This document shows positions 55,013 through 64,000 of a stretch of DNA of 64,000 nt, in pieces. The stretch is from Octopus sinensis. Taxonomy: Eukaryota. The notes below the pieces were generated by a model. It saw only the letters and a list, made by a program, of their open reading frames with translations, had not been told where the DNA came from and made no database searches. The stretch is from the NCBI RefSeq assembly GCF_006345805.1, contig NC_043006.1:81716001-81780000 (forward strand). Reading direction: 5' to 3'. The position numbers and the translations under genes were made by a program. Numbering within the stretch: the first letter of the stretch is position 1; every line of letters starts with the position of its first letter.

Positions 55013-55249
55013 CTCTATTCCGCGTTTCTCTATTTCCATTTTACGCTGAGAAGTTAATACAATTTCCCCCGTCTCTCCAGTTAAATCCAGCTATCGCTCG
55101 TCTCCAATGGTAACAGCAAATAGTTTCACTTGTTAATAACCGTTTCCTAGCGTTTCTTGTGAAATTTTGTTTTCCAATCGTGGAGTCAGCTAATGTAGCA
55201 CAAAGAAAAAACTGCCAGTGTTCCTGTAATACTAGTATTACCATCATCA

Positions 55250-55305
55250 TCACCAACATCATCATCATCATCATCATCAGTAGTAGTAGTAGTAGTAGCA
55301 GCAGC

Positions 55306-55374
<69 letters not shown>

Positions 55375-55700
55375 GGTGGTGGTGGTAGTAGTGGTGGTGG
55401 TGGTGGTATATTTTTTGCTGCTTAGCTTAGTCTGCTGCTGTTTACATCAAATATATGGAGGCCTGGCGGTGATCCAGTCTCGCTGCTGATGTCTGTCTCA
55501 TGTCCGTGGATCGAAGGCTGCTACTACTACTGTTGCTGAGACTACTACAACTACTACTACTACCACTACCCTCACTGCCACCATGAGTACTACTACTATT
55601 ACCCCTCCCCATCACTACTAATAGCATTTTAATTATCACTTCTACTATTACTGCTACTACTACTACTTTTACCATCACCACCATTACTACCACTGAGAAT
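55250..55700. repeat. Trinucleotide tracts (ATC)n(AGT)n(GGT)n followed by (ACT)/(ACC)-rich tract
   Basis: Direct inspection. Confidence 0.85.
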
Positions 55701-56164
55701 TTTTTCTGAAATCAAAATAAGGGTGAAGGGCGTGTGTGATAATTAATAAAAATGACTAAAACGTGAAAGGAAGGGCCTTATTTCAACAGTCAACTTTTTA
55801 TCCAGAATCATTATGATTTTGGTACTTGGAAAAAGTTGGTATCGCTCATCTCGAAAGCGCTAGAGTTCAAACAAAACGACTGGAAACGCGGGTCTTACAG
55901 CTAAAAACTAACAGCATGTAACCGATAGACTACGACGTAAAACAAACAAAAAAATAGAAACAGAGTTTTAGAAACTAACAAAGAATAAATCCTGGGGTCG
56001 ATTTGCTCGACTAAAAGGCGGTGTTCCAGCATGGGCGCAATCAAATGACTGAAACAAGTAAAAGAGTAAAAGAGTACCTGTTGCTAGGAATGTGCTTAGT
56101 ATGCAAATGGGTCTATCCAATTGTATTACACCGCTAAACCCTAGTGGGTATTAGAGAAGTGTAC

Positions 56165-56611
56165 GGATCTTTTCAGTTTGAACGGCAGTTCTTTCTAGCG
56201 GTGTCATATGAAATTGTCAACCATAATTATGACCCTAGAATTGATCTATTGCATTTCAATCTCTTTTAGGGTTAGGGTTAGTTAGGATTAGTTAGGGTTA
56301 ATTAGGGTTAGGGTTAGGCGTGGGGGGAGAGTATCTTTTTTTTTTCACAAATGTAAATAAACCCAATCTGTTTCTTAAACGAGGGATATATTCATACGGC
56401 ACAGAATGCTTTTTAACTCAATAGACGTCACTGATTGGTTGAAATTGCAGAAATTGAAGAAAAAAAAAATATCTTACAAACTATAGAATTTTCTCAATAA
56501 AGCCAAGAGAAAAAGATGTTTTATAAACACATTCTACCAGTATACGAAGTTTAAAATTTTTTAGTTACCTAGAAATTATGTTAAAAACTGCCGTTCAAAC
56601 CGAAAAGATCC
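56165..56611. mobile_element. Mutator-like (MULE) MITE carrying TTAGGG repeats
   Basis: TIRs GGATCTTTTCRGTTTGAACGGCAGTT; 11-bp direct flanks gagaagtgtac / gagcagtgtac; TTAGGG cluster ~56265-56320. Confidence 0.75.
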
Positions 56612-57255
56612 GAGCAGTGTACCTATGGATAGTTAATGGGTTAGATGAAGTACTGATGAAAGGACAATAACTCGTGAAATATGCATATATACTCATTACC
56701 AATTTTTTCTCTCTTCGATCTCATTGTTTACGTAGTTTAGTACTCGTTTAGGAATCGTCGTAACTTGCAGTGCTAGTTCTGAATTCTGTAGGAAATCTAA
56801 GAGATAAACATTTAAGTCAGGAGAGAAGGCAGTGCACATGATACTAGGTTCTCTGAGACGAGTAGGATGAAAAAAGGTTTTCTAAAACCGGGAGGTATTC
56901 TTGCAACATAATGAGCTTCGCTAAAGGCAGACAAGGCCCTAAGTAAAAGCGGTACAACGGATGAAGTGCTAAATCTACAACCCAAGTAGGCCATGGTAGG
57001 ATTTAAGCTCAGAACGTGAAGAGCCAAAACAAATATTGTAAGGCATCCGGTACGGCATTCTTGTAGTTCTGCAAATGCACCACCATGGATTGGTACATTT
57101 TTTTCGACCTCGAAAAGGTTAAAGACAAAAATTAACCTCGGTGGTGTTCGAACTCGGAGTGTTGAGAGCCAGGACAAATGTGAATAATTCTGTCTGATGT
57201 TCTAACAATTCTGTTAATTTTCCGCCTCACGTGTGAGTGCATGCGTGCGTAGATG

Positions 57256-57341
<86 letters not shown>

Positions 57342-58109
57342 TTGACAGAGAGACAGACAGACAGATGAGTGTATGTACATACATACTATATGTGTGTGTG
57401 TGTGTGCGCTTGCTTGGATATGTGTATTTGCGTGTATGTGTACTCTAAAATCCCTATCGACATGAACTGCTATCGATGAAGCCATTTTGTTTTTTTCTAC
57501 GATAGCAAACAAGCGATGAGCACAAATACTCTCGAAATAGGCACAGAAAAATAAACTTAATACGAACATCTTTTCCAAAGAGATTTGCACAATGCTTTGT
57601 CCAAATTTGAAAAGAATGACATCAGAGCTTTCTTGGCTAAGAACGGCATGTTTGAATGCTAACAATTAGATTTCGTTGAAAATTATGTTTATAAAGAGAC
57701 GCTAAAAGTTGTTTACTAATTTTTTCTATTTTTCTCTTTTTTCTTTCTTTTTTGTCGTTTTTTTGTTTGGTCCATACAAGCTAATAGATTGGCCGAACGT
57801 CGGAGAAAGCATCATGTGGTATTTAGTTATTTCCCTTTACTTTCTCAATTCAAATCCGTCATGGTTTACCTCTGGGGTAATGCAATATCGTTCAATATCG
57901 TGAGTTTTTTCTCCAGTTGTACAAGCCTCCAAAATACGAAGCCTTATTTCTCATGCGAGAAATACATGATTAAACACCATTTTTATTACTTGTTTTGCTT
58001 TGAACCAATAAATTTGAAAGCTTTTTTTTTTTTTGTTTTATGCTGGTATTGATTTTCCTTTTCAAATTCCCCTGTTGATGAAATAAGTAGCACTCAAGGT
58101 TAAACTTCA

Positions 58110-58420
58110 CTACATCCCACGACAAAAACGTGTAGCCTTATACAGAGGTAGTAGCTCTCTGAAGTTTTTCCACCTTATTCTCATTCTGAATACGATACTT
58201 TCAGAGCAGACTCCTCTATTTCTGAATACGTCACAGAAGCTACCAACTATTTCTATGGAACCTGAATGAAGAAACGATTGATTTTGCAAATGATCTGATA
58301 GCTTAGTACAGTACATCTGCCACATACAAAGATTTTAATCTCTATCGGTCTGCCTGTCAGACTATGATGTTCTTTTCTACCTTGTTTGTTTCTACATATC
58401 GAGCTCAGCCATTTCCTTGA
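58110..58420 (-). mobile_element. RTE-clade LINE fragment (post-RT region)
   Basis: KIFVCGRCT; IEIVGSF..RGVCSESIVFRMRIRWKNFRELLPL, matching the RTE pattern GCSES..RI..AW.KFRELLPL. Confidence 0.7.
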
Positions 58421-58997
58421 TGGGGGCCGCGCTGTCTTCTTTCTTACTTACAAAAATCTTACTCTTTGCCAAGTTACAGCTGAGACCCCACCAATTCTAG
58501 ATTTTGTTTCCGCTTCTAGAATTTATTCTTTAAGTCTTCTACAGACTCTTGTCTTCAGTATATAAAAATTCCCAAGACAGCCAGTTTAAAACAACTCTTT
58601 TGTGGCTTGGAAAACTACATTAAATAAAAAATAGACTAAGAACCACGCTTTGGTGAATGCTTACATGCACGCTATATTCCTCACTGAATTAATTTCCACA
58701 TCTCCCTTTGCTCACAGTATGTCTGTACATCCTGAATACCCCACGGGACTGAAAATGAAGAAACGGATTGCAATAAATAAGAACAGTGTGAACTATCAAG
58801 GACAGTTGACCGTGTTGGTCGACCGTATTAGTTAGTGTTTGTGCGACGTGTGTTGGTTTCATATCGTACCTACGTCCGAGTAGTATGGAGTGCGTTTTGC
58901 GTGAACGTAATAATTCTGCGATACGAGGTTATTCTAGATAACTACATCCAAATATTTATTTGGGTAGTACTATTTTATACTTGACGTGTACACAATG

Positions 58998-59055
<58 letters not shown>

Positions 59056-59666
59056 CATACCTTGCACTATTTTCATAAGCCATTCATGAGCTTTTTTTTT
59101 CTTTCGTTCAGTTGTTTTATTGGGCTCTCGTTTTTCTTTCGATTGACTGTGAACTTTATACAATCGACAGGGATAGATGTTCCTTCGGGAATGACTTTCA
59201 ACCATTTGATTTGTTTTTAGTCGTGGTCATTCTTTTTCACTTTCTTTCTTTCCTTGCTGTCCCTGACAGTCTCCCACCTTCTTGCAGTCAACATGTCCCT
59301 TTCGCTTCACAGCGATATGTACCGACAGAACATATTAGTTAGGTTGTAATGTTCTGTGTTTATAACTATCTATTTGTCATTTTTCGTTTTTGTCTTTTGA
59401 GGAGTATGTATCCGCTGCTTACCATTTTTATTTCCATGATTAGTACTTCGTCGAGAAGCAACAAAAAGGAGAGGGTTTTTTTTTCCATACGAGAATTTTC
59501 AGAAACTTCTGTAGGTTAATACGAACAAAACTTTGTTATTAAAAAATCCTAAAAAACAAAAAAGAAAGAAAAAAACCTCTTCTAAACAAAACCAGAAAAG
59601 CTCTGTGAGATATGAAAACTGATGGCATATAACAGATGATGATAATAATAACAATAATAATAATCA

Positions 59667-60780
59667 TTTCTACTAAAGGTACAAGATCTGAAACGTTGAG
59701 CGGGGGAATAGTCGATTACATCGACCCCAGTGTGTCACTGGTACTTAATCTATCGACCACGAAAAGACGGAAGGCAAAGTCGACCTTGGCAGAATTTGAA
59801 CTCAGAACGTGAAGATGGACGAAATGCCGCAAAGCATTTCGCCTGACGTGCTAACGATTCTGCCAGCTCACCGCCTTATTAATAATAATAATAATAATTA
59901 TTATTATTATTATAATAGTTATAATAATAATTATACTAAAAATAATAATAATTATAATAATTATAATAATAATTATAATAATAATAATACAGTCATAAGA
60001 CCTGGAATTGGTCAATTACATCAACCCCAGTACTTGACTGGTGCTTAATTCATCGACCCAAAAGGATGAAAGGCAAAGTCGAGGAATTTGAACCCAGAAC
60101 GTAAAGGCGAACGAAGTGCCACGTAGCATTTCGGTAAGCGTGCTAACAATGCTGCTAGATCGTCGCCCTAATAATAACAATAACAATAATGATCCTTTCT
60201 ACTATAGGCACAAGGCCTGAAATTTTGGTGGATGGGACTAGTCGATTACATCGACTCCAATGTGCAACTGGTACTTATTTTACCGACCCCGAAAGGATGA
60301 AAAGCTAAGTCGACCTCGGCTGAATTTGAACTCAGAACGTAGCGACAGACGAAATACCTATTTCTTTACTACTCAAAAGGGGCTAAACACAGAGAGGACA
60401 AACGGATTAAGCCGATTATATCGACCCCAGTGCGTAACTGGTACTTAACTTATCGAACCCGAAAGGATGAAAGGCAAAGTCGACCTCGGTGGAATTTGAA
60501 CTCAGATCGTAGCGACAAACGAAATACCGCTAAGCATTTCGCCCGGCGTGCTAACGATTCTGCCGGCTCGCCGCTATTAAGGCGGCGAGCTGGAAGAATC
60601 GTTAAATGCTTCGTGGTATTTCGTCTGTCTTTACGTTCTGAGTTGAAATTCTGCCGAGGTCGACCTTGCCTTTCATCCTTACGAGGTCGATAAAATAAGT
60701 ACCAGTTGAACTGGAGTTGATCTAATCGACTTAACCTCTTCCGCGAAATTGCTGGTCTGATCCTAAAATTTGAAACCAGT
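59667..60780. mobile_element. Cluster of SINE family A copies in (AAT)n: two monomers (-), one dimer (-), one monomer (+)
   Basis: 59667-59876, ~60000-60170, 60193-60575, 60580-60780. Confidence 0.85.
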
Positions 60781-61659
60781 ATTTGACTGGAATGTTTATT
60801 AGAAACGATTCTTGGAAATGGCAACGTTGAGTTTATAATCAACAACAGCATTTTGAGCATCGCTTAAATCATCTTTTGTTCGTATTTTATCATTAGAATT
60901 CGGTGCTTATCTCAGTAAGAAAAATATATACATGTACTAGAGTTGTTCTAGCATTGTTACCGTTTTCGTTTCTTTTTTTTTTTCTGGTGTTCATCATAAA
61001 AAAAAACCTATGACCTTTCAATCTGTTTATGTAACAAGCCCCCACTTCGCTACCTCCTCTTTTCGCCTACGTGAGTTATATTTTTAAATTCACTTCTTAC
61101 AATCTTTCTATTAAATGATAAGAAGTAGAAAAAAAAAGAAGCTCTGTGTTAATCTGTCCTTGTCAAGTATAAGGTTACATCTGTATGACATCGTTATATC
61201 TTATCAACTATTTTCGTATTTGCCTAATTAATTTTAGACAAGTTCAGCCTCGGTCCATCTAATAATTTCCAGTCTATTTATATATTTTTACACTTTATAT
61301 ATGTATTCATGTTCATTCTCATTCTCGATATAATATGTAAACGAGGATAAAATTGAATATGCGTGGATAATTCTGGGGTTATTTTTTCTGCTAACTGATT
61401 GTACTTTAACTGCAGTGATAGTTTCTCATACGATTGTTTTTCTCTTTGTATCGATCACAAAAGGGCCAACTCTTTCTTGTATGCCTCTATAACGTTACAT
61501 ACTAAATAACTTAGGTACTCTTATATCGCAATACTACACAGTGGTTGTGTGTTCTCCGAAATCCTCGTCGCCACTGTTATGTCGCACGTTCGGATGCCTC
61601 TACTACTCAACTCTACTTCTGCTCTACTACTCTCTGTGCTCTTGACATCTAGGCTTCTT

Positions 61660-62050
61660 CCTCTATATCTACGTATTGGGCTAGCCTACTTCATCGTCAG
61701 GGAGCGTCCAGACAACAGGTACAAATCATCGAATTTCGATCACTCAAATGATTTGAAGAAATTATGATATACGTTGCATTTTGGGCTCTCGTTTTAAAGG
61801 TTTGCGGATACAGTATATGCAAAACACTCTGCACAAATAATAACTACAGAATAAGCAAAACTAAACCTACAAATGAGCAATGAGACGTGGGATACTGGAT
61901 AAGGTTTCTCGCAGAGACGTGTAAATTATATAGAAGAAATAACACCTAGAATCGATGGAAATAACTGTGAGTACAAATAAAAGAGACCAGCATCCGTTCT
62001 TTATCGACAAGACCTGGAAAATGTGGTAAACAAGACTGGTAAACATGCTG
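61660..62050 (+). mobile_element. Highly degraded L1/Tx1-like endonuclease/linker fragment
   Basis: RIGLAYFIV..FDHS; GYW..FLAE; WK*L*VQIKETSI, resembling APE end and linker motifs. Confidence 0.35.
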
Positions 62051-62341
62051 GAAGAGAAATCACTATTTATACACCTCCAAGATCTGACATTTCGACAAGT
62101 TACCGAATCCGTTTATACACGAGAAAACAGAACCAGTTCTCTGGAGAAAATACATACGACTTCACGAACTCTCATCCATAATGAATATCTAAAATGATAC
62201 AAAATATACCTCTACTTCAGAAATGTTACAAGGAATCGAGAAGACAATATGAGACTATGTAACATAGTAATATAAATTACCTTGTATATTTATTTAAAAT
62301 AGTTAGCAGACAAATAGCAGACAAATAGCAGACGGTTAAAT

Positions 62342-62408
<67 letters not shown>

Positions 62409-63029
62409 GACAGGCAGACAGACAGAGATAGGTGGGTGGGGAAAATGGTACGTAGTTAAGTAGGTCGATAGATTCCCGATAATAGCAAAAATACACAGAA
62501 TATAATATATTATAGTGTCTTACATTCAGTTTAAATATACAAATAAATAGCATTAAAATACAGAGATGTATATACAGAGTGACAATAGCGGAAATTTAAC
62601 CTACACAATGGATACAGATAGAAAGAAATCGGATACACGAAAGAAATAAAATAAAAAGACAAATAATGTTACTGATACCCTCTTTCACACCCACGCCCAT
62701 TTATGTAACAACATTCCACCATCATAAATTAAATCCAATTCAGTTGGCAGAACAACAAAGCTGAAAATAGAACAAAAATACGCAAATACAGAGAAATCAT
62801 TAATTACGCGTACCACATGATGGTGGCTGCCCCTTCGTTATCGAGTATGGCCATTGCACAAAGCTTAATCAATGTTGTTATCGTGCAATGCCTGTGCAAG
62901 AAGATTTTTTTAAAGTGAGGAAAGGCTGTGCACTGAGTCAATCCCACTCACTAAGCAACAGCAGCCATAATCCGAAAAGAAGAACAAGTCAACATCATCG
63001 GTAACCACTGAGCCGCATGTTTTATGTCG

Positions 63030-63380
63030 GAGTTATCCCAGTTACCTGAGTTACCTTCTCCTAGAAGGATGCCCTAACAAAGGCTAGGAGTCCTTCACTC
63101 CCAATGGTTTAATCGCGCGATCAGGTATTCAGTCCGAATATTTCTATGTCCCCGCGCATGATACAGCCATAAGACATTTATTGGATGGCCGTTGACTCTC
63201 AAGAGTTCCTCCGCCCTTTGACGGGTTTTGTTTTACATCCCGCAGGGTGTCCAATAAACGCCCTCTTCACCAAGCAAGCTTGGTGGGGTTGCCGGTTTAG
63301 TCGCCGACGACCCGACCATGCAACAGGTTGTACTGGGTTACATGTTACTAGTAGCACTCGAAAGTAACCTGACATAACAT
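63030..63380 (-). mobile_element. RTE-like 5' UTR fragment
   Basis: Minus strand gggcatccttctaggagaaggtaactc resembles the RTE 5' UTR motif; HDV-like fold candidate near its 5' end. Confidence 0.5.
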
Positions 63381-63517
63381 TCGGCCGAGGTCGACTTTGC
63401 CTTTCATCCTTTCGGGGTCGATAAATTAAGTACCCGTGAAACACTAGGGTCAGTATAACCGACTAGTCCCCTCCCAACAAATTTGAGACCTTGTGCCTCC
63501 AGTAGAAAGTATTACTA

Positions 63518-63548
<31 letters not shown>

Positions 63549-63786
63549 TATTATTATTATTATTAAAGGCGGCGAGCTGAGAGAATCGTTAGCACACCGG
63601 GTAAGATGCTTAGTGGTATTTTGTCTGCCGCTACATTCTGAGTTCAAATTCTGCCGAGGTCGACTTTGCCTTTCATCCTTTCGGAGTCGATGAATTAAGT
63701 ACCAGTGGAACACTGGGGTCGATGAAATCGACTTACCCCTTTCTTCGAATTCCAGGCCTTGAGCCTATAGTAGAAAGGATGATCAA

Positions 63787-63840
<54 letters not shown>

Positions 63841-63955
63841 GGGGGCGAGATGGCAGAATCATTAAGGTTAGAGTTACTATGTACCAGGTTCGCATTAGAG
63901 TTGATGTAATCGACTAGCCCCCTTCCCCAAAAATTTCAGACCTTGTGACTATGGC
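63381..63955 (+). mobile_element. Three SINE family A copies in (ATT)n
   Basis: 63381-63510 (core plus tail), 63566-63780, 63838-63955. Confidence 0.8.
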
Positions 63956-64000
63956 TGACTCGCAAGCACGTCATGCAAAATGTTTAGTTGTATTCCGTCC

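Noticed and set aside
57132-57665. 177-aa minus-strand ORF
   Set aside because: Half is (ATAG)n/(TG)n and SINE sequence; the unique part has no recognisable domain or splice support.

Overview
Eukaryotic, AT-rich, repeat-saturated intronic or intergenic DNA. The repeat families resemble those of an octopus genome (inference from SINE/LINE content, not proven). There are no prokaryotic features, no CRISPR array and no confidently identifiable intact gene. Most ORF-track entries are (TA)n/(TG)n/(CA)n artefacts. The window holds several tRNA-headed SINE families (one of them multimeric) and non-LTR retrotransposon remnants: R4/Dong-like (in (AAT)n tracts), RTE, L1/Tx1 and Penelope-like (PLE). 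It also holds a decayed hAT transposase, mariner and maT remnants, MITEs (hAT-Charlie, MULE with TTAGGG repeats, Tc1/mariner, piggyBac-like) and Helitron/Helentron-like elements. The most striking structures are three near-spacerless fold-back palindromes of one repeat family, assigned to PLE LTRs, with hammerhead-ribozyme-like motifs in the arms, plus an older fold-back carrying GIY-YIG coding sequence. Other candidates are further minimal hammerheads, a decayed HDV-like fold at an RTE 5' end, and two phase-compatible putative exons on the minus strand. All alignments, folds and translations were done by eye.
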